Source: Curvularia clavata
Taxonomy: Eukaryota
Assembly: GCA_023920165.1 (NCBI GenBank)
Contig: CP089276.1
Coordinates: forward strand, 2,232,001-2,296,000
Length of the DNA stretch: 64,000 nucleotides
Direction: 5' to 3'
Shown: in pieces, positions 1-12,500 of the stretch
Position numbering within the stretch: position 1 is the stretch's first letter
How the letters are laid out: each line of letters opens with the position of its first letter
Program-made: the position numbers and the translations under genes
The notes under the pieces: generated by a model
Seen by the model: the letters and a program-made list of their open reading frames with translations, nothing else
Database searches by the model: none
Told to the model about the DNA's origin: nothing

Positions 1-251
1 TTGGACGGCACTGCGTTTTCTCTCCCGTACCATTGTCGTTCCGGATTTGCATTGGCGCCTGCTTTATATACTTATCATGCGCGTGCTCACCTTTTTTTGC
101 CCATTTTTTTGCCATTATGCCATGTCACCAAGCACCCAGTCTTATATTTGTTAGTCCGCGCGTTTACTGTGAGAGGGTTATCAGTCAGATTGGGCAATTT
201 CCTATGGTCTCTGTGCTGTAAATAATATTCCCGTTGTAGTCGGTGGTAGAC

Positions 252-3200
252 ATGGCGAAGAAAAAGATCAACAGCAACAAGAAGAGTCAGAAACCAGTGG
301 AGTCTGCTTCTCCACCTGACTTTGTGCCAACCAACACGGGGGAGCCAGTCCCCAGCCCGCTTGAAATCCCAATGCCAGCAGAGCCGCCCGCCACGGACGC
401 ATCGTCCGGGGAGCAGTCAGTGCTAGTGGAGCCTGTCAAGCGTAGTATTCCCAAGTCGGTGGAAACGTCCACATTTGTATCTTCAACACACCTCGACAGT
501 TCACAGTCTATTCCCCACAAGGCTGCAGGCCCATTAGCTGCTGAAAGCACATCTGCACACCAAGATCCACCTATGAAGACACAGCAGGAGCTCGACTCCC
601 AAATAGCACCAATCCAAGCCACACAATCCGGTATAGCCAACGACAACGTCGAGGAACTTCATCCTGCCGCCAATGAAATTGAACAACCATCCATTCAACG
701 GTTCCATGGCAAACCAGAAACAGGTCGCATTCTAGATCCAGAGCCTCCTCTGGAAGAGGAGCACGAGGCTATACAGCCAATCCAAGACCTCACATCCACG
801 ACCGTGCTTCCGAGGTCACAGCTTCTCCCAGCTCCGGAATTGCCTGGGGAACTCCACGCGGATATCGAATCTCTGGGTGAACCATTTACTATTGTGGCAC
901 CTGAGGCGACACCAGAAGACTTTGCACAGAGCATTCCAGCCGACACGGAAGCTGCACCTGTCCAGGAAGGGCAGATGGAAATACCTGCCGGTCAAACGCG
1001 AGCAAAGTCTCCTCATATGGTGGCGTTCGACATTCCCGAAGCACCCACAGCACCCACAGCACCTGAAGTACAGATAGCTGAGCCAACAGAGCCAATAGAG
1101 ATTGCTGGTGGAGCTATTGATAGCGACCCAGTAAAAGAAACACCATCAGCATACCAAGAAAAGGCTCAGTCTCTTCCGGATTCCGATCATCATGGGGAAG
1201 ATCCAACAAGCAACGAGCCATTCGATGTGGCCGAGGAGCAGAGAATACTGCTGGAGGTGCCTGAGGCGCCCCCTTTGCAACCCGAGTCATTTGTCAGCAC
1301 AGGTCCGATAGAAGATGCCGCCAACCCAGCCGCAGAGCCTACGGTCTCTTTTCATGGTGAAGAAACTGAAGCACCTGCCGACATCCAGACAGCACATGAA
1401 GAAAGATGGCATCAGAGGAGAAGAGTACCACATAGATTCGAGCAGCACAGCATAGTAGAAGAGAGTGTAATTCCTCCAGAGGTGGCTCAAGATTCCCGGG
1501 AAACAGATGCTGAGGTTTACTGGCAACAAGGTCAGCATGAAAGGCCGGATCAAGGGAAAACTAGGTGGAAGAGGAGAGAGAACGAAGAGGCCGGGGCGAT
1601 AGGACTGCTACAAGAGCTTGAGCGGGAAATACACGAGGAGCAGACTCAAGAAGAGATGGAAGCAGCTCAAGTGGTTGATGAAGCTCAAGAGGAACCCGAA
1701 ACGAAGACCGAGGAACAGAAAGAGTCTGAGAAAAGACAGCGAGAAAGCGCCATTCGTGAGCGAGTCGAGAGAGAGACTTTAGAGCAAGTGTTCGAAGCCA
1801 AGAGGCTCCTGGCTCTGATGGAGCAGGAAATACGTGCTAATGAGGCCCAAGAGGAGATTGAAAAGGCCGCGCTTGCCGAGAGGGCCAAGAGGGAGAATGA
1901 GCAGCTCGAGTACAAGCAAATGCAGCGTGAGAGGCTTGAGCAGCACCGAAGGGACATGGAGGCTCGGATGGCCGCAGGTGGCGCTACAAGCGCTCAAAAA
2001 GAGGCTGATCAAATCGAGGCTGCCCGGAAAGCCATTGAAGAGGCTACACGTGACCGAATACCCAATGGTGTCGGCCCATGTCCCATGCCACCCTCAGCAG
2101 CTCAACAACGATGGCCAGCTGATGAACCACCACCACGTGCCGAGACACCTCCATCGGCGGTAAATGGTGCACACAACCGCTCTCCGAGCCAGTCCGATCG
2201 CCCCTTTAGATCTTATCGGTCTTTTGCGCCACATGCACGGAAGCTTCGAACGCAGGAGGCGGGCCCATATCCGCCCAAACCATATGCCTTAACCCATTCT
2301 CTAGAGGATGACATACCAGCTGCACCCAGCCCACCCGTAAGTAGGGTACGACCGAGGTATGTATAGTTTGTCTCTTTTCCTAGTTCTCCAATCATGTTCC
2401 TCGGCTGTTCCTCGGCAGCCACGCCTCCACGGGCGTTGGTGTAAGGTGACGTCTCTGCAAGCAGAGAAATGGTGCAACATAGTGGACGCTCTGTTTGGCT
2501 AACGATGCATCTTCCTGCAGGTATGCTCCTACTTTTGACAGCGACGACGATTCGGAATTCAGCCTAGTACCGAATGGGATAGCGTCAAGACGGCCATTTA
2601 GCGGTGAAGCGCATGAAGTGTCGAGGGCCCACATGGTCCCGCATCAACCACGTAGCGTTTTTGCATCCCGAGTACCTCTGGAACCGGCCTATCCCGCCCC
2701 TCCGCCAAATTACCATCCCAGCTACCATGCCCCGCCATCCCAGCCGCCTCACTACCCAAATCATGGCTACGCTATGAGTCAGCAGGGTTGTCCCGCCCCT
2801 AACCCCAATCCTTACGGCCCTTCGTCACCCTCTTCCTCCTCTCCATACCAAGAAGCATGGAGCCAATACCCACCAGGGTATCCTCCTTACGGTAGTTCAC
2901 ACCATCAGCAGGACTCTTCGGGTTCTAGAGACTATCCTCTGCATGCTTTAGAGGGCCGCCCTGCCATCGAAGACGGGCCTGGTGACGTTTACGGACGCAT
3001 CGCACAGTCGATACCTCCTGACCTGTCTCTACTGCTTGCACGTTACCAAGACACTCACAGTCAGCTAAGCGCAAAAGAAGACCTACTCCGCCGAGCAGGC
3101 GCCGAGAAGGAGGAGAAGCTGAGAGCAAAGGATGGTGAGATTTTTGAGCTGAAAGAGAAGATTCGCACCTTGGAGAATAGGCATTCAGCAGAGGCAAACC

Positions 3201-6200
3201 GACTGCACTTCCAAATTGGTAACCTGGAAGACCAAGTCAGGGACCTTCGCGAGCAGATTGCCGAAAACAAAAAGGCAAAGGAAGAAGCCGAGGAATTACG
3301 ACGGGGATTTTATGCAGCAATGAAGTCTTGGGAAGAAAGATACAGGGAGCTGGAAGACGTCCATCGCGCCTTGGAAAGGAGTACGGCCGAGGAGAGAGAA
3401 CGAACATGGAGGGACTTTGATGAGTGGAAGTCTACGACAAACACAAAACACGATGCGGAGAAGATCGCTCTTGCTATCCAATTCGACAAGAAACTGAAGA
3501 AGGCCGAAGCCGCTGCTGAAGAATGGCGACAAGAAGCTGCTGAGGCGTCTGAACTTCGCGCAAGGCTTGAAGAAGCCCTGCAGCGTGAGCGGGACAACCA
3601 TGAATCCTGGGCGACTGAGCGCGAATGTCTTATCAGAGAGCGTGACTACTTCCAGAAGACCTGCGCAGAACAGCGCGAGCTCCTAGAAACGCAGCACCTG
3701 CAAACTGAAGGCCATTCAGACATCTTCAAGAAGGCCGTCGAGGAAGCTGCTAGAGCAGACGGCCTGGCACAAGAGAAGGACGAACTGATGAAGCAATACG
3801 AACAACTCAAGGCTGAGAGTCAGCAAGAGAAGGAGCTCATCAAGAGCGTTGCTAGCAACCTCGAGTCCGAGAAATCCAGGCTAGAGAAGATGATGGAATG
3901 CTATGGAGACATTGCAGAGATCAAGAGCAAAGGCGACGCCTACTAGTAAGTGATCCCATCCCATCTTTGTTTTGCTAGGCGTCCGCACATGTCGCTAGAT
4001 GAGGATCTGGCATTTGCCGATTCCCGCAATGCGTAGCACCTGATTGTAACTGGAAGCTGGTTGCTAACTGGTCATCAGCCTATCATCCTTCTCTCATCTG
4101 CAAAAACAAATCATCGATCTAGCAACAACCCACTTTGTCCACCTACCAGTACGGCCGCCCCCAGAGGATCTGGGTCAAGTGCCTTCTAATCTGCCATCGT
4201 TCCTCGGTGATACCATTGCTTCCAGGTAAGCATGATAATTGCAAACTAAAGATCGCTTACTAACCGGATGACCCTATTACAGACAAGTTCGAGCTGCATA
4301 CATAGCTCACACAGTGGCTAAGCTGATCACCTATCGCGTCTTCGGTCCTTTCCTGTTCAGTCTTGGTCGTCGTTACGACAAAGCTGATTCGCTGTTTTCT
4401 TCTATGAGCCATCACATCCGCGAGAAGAGTACACGAAAGGAAGCGATCTGGCGTCAACAGACACTTCTTGCAGCTTTCACAAGCTCAGGCGCTAAGCAGC
4501 GTATCAACACTGCTGCTGGAACAGTTGTAGAAGAGATTGTCAACGCCATCAAGCACTTTGCCGACCCAAGGGAAGAAGAAGGTATCAAGGTTGCAGTGAA
4601 ACGCATAGTGAAGCTTGCTGCAGAGACATGGAGATTCGCACGCCTCGAACGCGAAATGATCACCGCAGTCATGCCCGCTTTGCATGATGTAGAGCATCAG
4701 TTCACCGGTAGCCAGTATTGGCCAGCTTACAAGCCAGACGACGTAACAGGGTCTGCAATGGACACCTCGCCCACCGAATCGCGCCCACAGTTACTTCTAC
4801 GAATGTTCCCCGTTGTCTTCCGAGAAGCCAAACACGAAAACTTCCAGATCAACGGCGAGCCGCGCGACGAAGGATGCGTTCTCCACCATGGACTCGCTTT
4901 GTATGATGATTCCGAGCCCGTAGTAGCAAGGCTCGAGGAGCTCAAATCTGCTGGTTTGCCATCCCATACCACTCTATTAACGAGTCCGACTGACGAGGGC
5001 AAGTTTCCGGCGCCGGTACGTAACACAACCCGCGTGTGTTTACTTCACCCCAACGCTCTCCTTGGTATTTTCGAGCACCACCTGACCACTGCAACATCCA
5101 CGAACTGCTACAAACGCTCCCGACACGATACTTATTGCATAGAAACGCTTGGCTAACATCTTGCTGTTGCAGGCATGCCCCCCTCCCCGAGACGAGCAAC
5201 CAAACCCCACCGCTCCTCGTTCCCCAACCAAACCCGAGATGAGCACGGCTGAGAAACCCCACCTACGACCACGTCCAACGTCACCGACCGAAAAGCCAGA
5301 CAAGCCAGACAAGCCAGAGAAACATGAGAAGTCTTCAGCCATTAAGCGGGCGTTGAGCCTTTTCTCTGGTCCTTTGCTGGACGACAATAAGACCGTAAAG
5401 CCGCCTCTCTCCACATACTCACATATGCCGCCGCCACCACCGCCGACATCTGTCTTTACATCTCCCAGGAACATTATTGGTATGCCAGTCGAAAGTCTGG
5501 ACGCTTCACAGCCACCAAGCTCAAAGCGAAAGCCACCACCACCACCCCCTAAGCCTGTATCCAAGCCGGAGGTGCCATCGCCTTTGGGAGGAGCTTCGCA
5601 CCATCGGGCTTCGTCGGAGAGTGCGGCTTTGCCAACGTCCTTTTCTCGAACTACAACCGACGAAACTGTCTCGTACCAGGATGTGGAGCCCGACACCTGC
5701 CCTCCTACCCCTGTGGACACAGTATCGCCGGTTTACGATGCGATTGACGAGATTGAGAGTTTGTTACCTCAACGAACGCGCACGGCCTCTACTACACACT
5801 CACGCCGTCGCTCCACGCACACACGCCGATCTGGCGAATCGGCTATTGATGATGAGCTCGATGATGTTATTCCTCGACCAGAATCTGTCCGTCGAAGGAG
5901 CACCTATGCTTCTAGCGTCCGTACATACAAGTCTGCCGACACGGAGCGTACGGATAGGAGTGAGCGTACAGACAAGAGTGAACGTACCGAGAAGAGTGAA
6001 CGAACCGAGAAGAGCGAACGCACAGACAAGAGCGAACGTACGCACAAGAGCGAGCGTACCAGCCGGACAGAGAAGAGTGATCGCTCGGATAAAACCGAGC
6101 GCGAGAAGGCTCGCTATTTGTACGAAAGCCGAAGCGCAGGTGTCAAAGCCCTGTACCCCAGTCCTGCGACAGGCCAAAGTGGGAATGGAAGTACTAAGAA

Positions 6201-7596
6201 TTCCTCTCGAAATGAGAAGAGCGAGAGGAGGAAGGACCGCGGCAGCAAGGACTCGACAAAGGATTCGAAAGAAGCCAAGAGGGAGTCGCGTGAGATCAGA
6301 AGGATGAGAAGCGTATCTGATAGTGGCACTTGGGATACGAACAGTGTCTTCACTCACAACGATTTCGCACCTACTACAGTCTCAACCAATGTACCCTACC
6401 CACACGCCTATGATTCCAGACGGGACTCGAAAGAGGTTAAGCGGGAATCAAAGGAGATCAGGAGGCAAAGAAGTATCTCTGATGCTGGAACATGGGACAC
6501 TGCCAGCGAGGTTACTAGACTTCCTCCGCCCACGACCGTGTCGACCAACGTCCCTTACCCGACAGGACTGGCTTGGGAACTGCGACGAACAAGGAGCATC
6601 CCTGATGATGCCACCTGGGATACTAGTAGTGAAATCACTCAGCGTGCGCCCGAGACTACTATTTCGACCAACATTCCATATCCTATGGGATTTTCGCGCG
6701 AGTCCAGGAGAATGAGTGTCTCCGATGCTGGCACATGGGATACTGAGAGCGTTTTCACGCAACGCGCTCCCCCTACGACGGTTTCGACGAATGTGCCGTA
6801 TCCGACAAACTTTTCCATGACGGATGTCTCTCACGTACCTCCCTCGCCAAGGCAGATTAGAAGACTCAGTGTTTCTGACGCAGGTACATGGGATACTAAC
6901 ACTGAAATCACAACACATCGCCCACCACCTACGACGGTATCGACCAATATTCCTTACCCGACAAACTTCTCCATGAGTGACCTTTCTTCCGTGCCTCCAT
7001 CACCACACCAGCTAAGGAGGCTCAGCGTGTCCGATGCTGGCACTTGGGACACTAATACGGAAATTACGACGTATCGTCCCCCTCCTACGACAGTGTCAAC
7101 CAATGTGCCATATCCCGCTGGCATGCCTCGAGAGCTCAGAAGGCTGAGCGTCTCTGATGCTGGCACATGGGATACCGATAGTGTCGTTACGCACCGTGCT
7201 CCGCCTACGACAGTGTCAACCAACATCCCCTATCCAAGTGGAGGATTTGGAGGACCCGCATCTTCGGTCCACTTGCCGGGACCTTTTGAAAGATTGAAGA
7301 GAGAATCTGAGCAGCAGAGTTTCTCTGACGATGGCTCCGACTCTGGCACTTGGGATACGAGCAGTGAGATAACTCATGCTAACAATGGACCTGCTACAAT
7401 CGTCTCCGCCAACGTTCCTTACAAGTCTCAGAAACCACCAAAGCCCCCGAAGCCCGACCGGCCCAGGTTCTTGAGAAGCAAAACCAGCCTGTCTGACGCG
7501 GGAACTTGGGATACCAACAGTGTGATTACGAATAACGACATGAAAACGACTGTTTCGACCAACGTTCCATATGCATCTGAACGACGATTTCGCTAG
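252..7596 (+). CDS. Large (~2,300 aa) low-complexity/coiled-coil protein with 9 C-terminal GTWDT...STN(V/I)PY repeats; 5 exons; function unknown
   Basis: ORFs 243-2366, 2495-3946, 4314-5156 and 5149-7596 are joined by GT..CTAAC..AG introns (approx. 2357-2520, 3946-4078, ~4225-4281, ~5034-5172). Phase at intron 1 is consistent (AG|G TAT). Confidence 0.7.
5941..6105 (+). repeat. Coding 18-bp tandem repeat (SERT(D/E/H)K hexapeptide)
   Basis: Repeated aagag(t/c)ga(a/g)cg(t/a/c)ac(a/c/g)ga units; translation SERTDKSERTEKSERTEKSERTDKSERTHK. Confidence 0.9.
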
Positions 7597-8192
7597 ATGA
7601 GCACAGCGAAGGGACATGATTCCATCTCATTTCCGCAATCTTTGTTTTCTCTGGGTCTTATACCTGTGGAGATGTCTTTTTTCTCTTTCCCGTTTCTTGT
7701 TGTTGACTTGTGGTTTTTCGTATACGTTACCTGCTTTGTTGGATGATTGCACCGGTGACGCATTGAGAAGTGAATGAACATGAGATATATGAAGGATTTA
7801 TACGCATATGAAATATGAGAGTCACGGTCGAGCAAACACGAATTTAAGACAGCAATGCATTGATTTATAGCACGGCGTTTTGTATGTTTTGTATGCCTCT
7901 TTGCCTGCAGTATAGACCAGCTTGTAAGATAGTCAAACACGGGATTTGTTTGCGAACACGGCTTGCTTTTGGTGACAGTGATTGGTGCATGGCGAAGAGG
8001 TAAGGTTGAGGAAGCCCTGAGCCAAACGCCGAGGCTAGCGCGTAATCCCCAGACATCACGATAGAGCTCAAAGCTACCTTCTTGAAACTATCAACCCTAC
8101 GACCCATTTCGACGATCACTCTGCCTACGCCGTCCAAACGTGCCACTACGCGTCAATTGATCGAAACAACCACTAGAGAAGAAGAATTCAAG

Positions 8193-8737
8193 ATGGCCGA
8201 ACCATCTCCTAACCCAGCGCCCGAGACACACGACATGGATACCGCGCTCACAAACGGCGATGCGCAACAACAATCTGCAGATGTAGAAATGGCAGACTCG
8301 ACGACAGAACAACCAGTACTGCTCCCTGTCTTCTGCTCTGACGAGGAGAAAATGCTCCTTCAGACGCGATTATAAAACTAACATGTACTCCTCAACGCCA
8401 GGCCCCAACCGATCCCTCTTCACTACAACCCACCGTACAAACTCAGCCTCCAACACCCTCTCAGGCAGCCGCTCCAACACCGTCCAGCGCGCCCGTCCTC
8501 CCAACCACCACATCAGCGACCACACCCGCCTCATCGCGCAACTCACCGCACCCACCGGCGCAAGCACCCACCGCCCCGATTCCGCACGGCAGCCCGACGA
8601 GAATCTATCTCAACCAGCATGTAACGCCGTATTTGCTCGAGGCGATGAAGCATCTTGCGACGCAGGAGCCTGAGAAACCGTTGAAGTGGTTGAGTGAGTT
8701 TTTAGCGCAGAAGAGTGCGGAGGTAGAGGGGGCTTGA
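8193..8737 (+). CDS. SDC1: Dpy-30 / Sdc1 COMPASS subunit
   Basis: ATG 8193, one intron (~8317-8401). Last exon reads HGSPTRIYLNQHVTPYLLEAMKHLATQEPEKPLKWLSEFL, the Dpy-30 motif; stop TGA 8735-8737. Confidence 0.85.
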
Positions 8738-8953
8738 GAGGGCGAGAGGGATTAAGAGTGAAGGAGAGATTGGGGAACTAAGGAAAGGAGGGACAATAGC
8801 TGAGCGTGTGGTAATGAATCAGAAATGAATGGGAGGAAGTTGTGAAAGTAGTCCAGAATAAGGGACGAGAAAAAAACTCTACAGGATTATAGCATGAGTT
8901 GGCATGCCTTATGCAACAAGGCAAGGACGAAGCAGCAGACAAAGACAATAGTA

Positions 8954-9467
8954 ATGTCAATCCTCGCGTGCCGGGACGCCCGGTGTAACGGGACACTTTT
9001 TCTTCCGGACGCCCGGCATGCTCACACGATATATGTAATTTGGCCGGTTCAATGTGCATCTATACTTTAGCATTAGTCCTCCTACTATATCCCTATCCGG
9101 CATTAGAGAACGCGTTGCTAACTGTGCTGTCGCTCTTTTTGTTAGTGCTGTCGACTAACCCTCTCTAAGAACCTCACTGCTCCTTTACGGCTACGTACAT
9201 TCGCCAAGAGCTCGGCGGGTTAGAGAGCGAGCTGAGAAGGCGAAGATAAAGACTGCCGCCCTAGAAAGTTAATTTAAGGCATAAAGTGTGTAGTCCGGCA
9301 ATTTCTCCGCGCGAAAGGTAGAATCGTCACAACGCAGCTGCCCGGCCGTGCGTCTTAAGCGAGCTTTCAGCCACAATAGCGTGCTGAGATGTCTGCAACA
9401 CTTACTGCGCACTGTGGCTGGGGGTTGTGGCGCTGAGAGTGATATTTCGAGCTGCTGTTATTCCCGG
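8954..9467 (+). repeat. Left long imperfect inverted repeat arm
   Basis: Colinear anchors shared with the reverse complement of 13469-13984: cgtgccgggacgc, ttttcttccgga, agctcgg, aagactgc, tttctccgcgc, ccggccgtgcg, tagcgtgctgagat, tgtggctg, ttattcccgg. Confidence 0.85.
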
Positions 9468-9534
9468 CGCTGCAACTCTAAAATAAATTTGTTATGCTGC
9501 TAAATACACTAATGAGGTGATATAAGCTGTGCAT

Positions 9535-12500
9535 CTAGCTAAATACTACCCGCTCAGCTTCTCCTATACTTCGACCTCCCCGTCTAGAACTTGCTAGTCG
9601 AGACTGCTTATGTGACAAAAGCACTTCGCTACGGTGTTGGCGACATGCTCGGGTAGTAGGGTGGTACTCTCCAAGGACAACGCTGTACCCGTCACACGCC
9701 CTGTTGTATAGGTTAAGAGATTCCTTGTAGTTACAGAGCGTTGCAAGCAGGTGAGCAAGGCAGTACACGCTAGAAAGCGTGTCGGGGTGCTCGCGTCTAA
9801 GCACCTTCTCTCTTGCTTCCAGCGCTCGTCGATGCATCGCTTCTGCCTCCTCGTACTTGCCCTGGCTTTCTAGCACCGACCCAAGGTTGCTGACGCTGGT
9901 GAGCGTGTCAGGGTGCTCGCGCCCAAGCACCTTCTCTCTTGCTTCCAGCGCTCGTCGATGCATCGCTTCTGCCTCCTCGTACTTGCCCTGGCTTTCTAGC
10001 ACCGACCCAAGGTTGCTGACGCTGGTGAGCGTGTCAGGGTGCTCGCGCCCAAGCACATTCTCTCTTGCTTCCAGCGCTCGTCGATGCATCGCTTCTGCCT
10101 CCTCGTACTTGCCCTGGCTCTCTAGTACCGACCCAAGGTTGCTGACGCTAGTGAGTGTGTTAGGGTGCTCGCGCCCAAGCACTTTCTCTATTGCTTCCAG
10201 CGCTCGTTGATACATCGCTTCTGCCTCCTTGTACTTGCCCTGGCTCTCTAGCACCGACCCAAAGTTGCTGACGCTGGTGAGTGTGTCGGGGTGCTCGCAC
10301 CCAAGCACCTTCTCAGATCCTTCTAGATCTCGTCGATGCATCGCTTCTGCCTCTTCGTGCTTGCCCTGTCTCGATAGCACCGACCCAAGATTGCTGACGC
10401 TGGTGAGCGTGTCAGGGTGCTCGCGCCCAAGCACCTTCTCTCTTGCTTCCAGCGCTCGTCGATTCATCGCTTCTGCCTCTTCGTACTTGCCCTGTCTCGA
10501 TAGCACTAACCCAAGATTGCTGACGCTGGTGAGCGTGTCAGGGTGCTCGCGCCCAAGCACCTTCTCGTATCCTTCTAGATCTCGTCGATACATCGTTTCT
10601 GCCTCCTTGTACTTGCCCTGTCTCGATAGCACCGACCCAAGGTTGCCGACGCTGGTGAGCGTGTCAGGGTGCTCGCACCCAAGCACTTTCTCTCTTGCTT
10701 CTAGCGCTCGTCGATGTATCGCTTCTGCCTCCTTGTACTTGCCCTGGCTCGATAGCACTAAGCCAAGGTTGCTGACGCTGGTGAGCGTGTTGGGGTGCTC
10801 ACGCCCAAGCACCTTCTCAGATCCTTCTAGATCTCGTCGATGCATCGTTTCTGCCTCTTCGTACTTGCCCTGGCTTTCTAGCACCGAACCAAGGTTGCCG
10901 ACGCTGGTGAGCGTGTCAGGGTGCTCGCGCCCAAGCACCTTCTCTCTTGCTTCCAGCGCTCGTCGATTCATCGCTTCTGCCTCCTCGTACTTGCCCTGGC
11001 TTTCTAGCACCGACCCAAGATTGCTGACGCTAGTAAGTGTGTCGGGGTGCTTGTTACCTAGTACTCTCCTCCTCGACTCTATTACTTGTATATAGAGGTC
11101 TTCAGCTCTCTTATATTGTCCATCATTCTGTAGAGCCCTAGCGCAATCTTCTGCAAGGTCTGTTCTCTTCTCGTTATCGTTCTTCTCACTATGCGACAGT
11201 GCATATTGAGCGTGCGGCAGTAGTCGCCTCCATTTGCTTCTATTACTGTAGTCGCTGTTTGGAAACACCTGAAGTAGCTGCGTGACTGCGCGTTGAGTGT
11301 ATTCGTGAAGCCGTCTCTGTATCTGCAGCTGCTCTCGTAAGGATTGGTGCACCAATCGATGCACGTCAAATGCTGACTCAGCAGGTCGCCTTGTGACGAG
11401 CGCATACCTGTCGAGTATCATGATCGCATCTACACGGGCCTGCGGCGAAGCTGCCTTAAGCAGATCGAGCGGAATGTCCTTTCGGTCTACGCACGCAGCA
11501 ACGTAAAGCTGCTCTATAGCAATAGCGTTGCTCTGCTGGACTTGACCTATAGAAAGAGATAGTGTAGCAGCTACAGCCTTTCTCAGACCAGACTCTCCCT
11601 GCTCGTCTTCACGCAAGTCATTGCTGTACTTAAGAGTTGCTTGGTCGTGCTCGTGTAGTCGTGCTTGGTACTGCTGCACTGTTATGTTGCTTGCGTTTAT
11701 GCACGCTGCCGCTTGCGATACTGCTAGAGGCAGGTACGATAGTTCTCTTAGCAAGTGTATGGCTCTCAGCTGCTCAGCATCGGAGAGCGGCGTCGTCAAA
11801 CGGGATTGCAACATCCTTAGCGCCGTGTCTGACGCCAGCTCACCCAGCGCTACTACATCTTGTGGAGCAAGCGTCTTAGCCGTGTCGCTTTCTATTGTTG
11901 TGAGAATAACAGAACACAGCTTAGAGTGCGGCAGAAAGTCGGCCAAGCCTGTAGCTTCTGCCGTTGGCGAGCCACTATGCTGGATAGTTGTGCCCTCGAC
12001 GTTGTCGAAGATTAGCAAACACTGCTGCGTACTTAGCTTTGCTATGCAACGTTTCACAATCTGCTCTATGTCTGCCTGGTCACCGTCACAACCAGGAACG
12101 CCGAGCTTCTGTGCAACACTAACATAGGACTGGTCGAAACTGTCTTTGCCGCTCGCATCGATCCAGAAGACCGAACAATGCTTGTATTTCTCTAGTGTTC
12201 TGTATGCAACCTCGAGCGCGAGCTGCGATTTACCTGTTCCGCCAGGCCCGACTATTGCAAGCGTCGAGGTAGTCTGTGTGTTGCTGAACAGCTTCGCTTC
12301 TAGTTCAGCGAGCTGTAGTTCGCGACCCACAAAAGACTTGTTGCGCGCAAAGGGAATGATCGACGGTGCGCGGCCGGCTCTCTCCACTTCAGCCTGCAGT
12401 CTTTCCAACGCACTCTCCCTTCCTTCGCCATAGGTTGCAGGCATAGAGACGCCAAGAAGTCCAAGCAGGCAGTATACCATATCTTCTGTCTCGGTCGTTT

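Noticed and set aside
9779..11095. Plus-strand repetitive ORFs and the regular 126-bp period (CRISPR-like at a glance)
   Set aside because: Antisense of the TPR array; the units are contiguous coding repeats with no unique spacers, and the DNA is eukaryotic.
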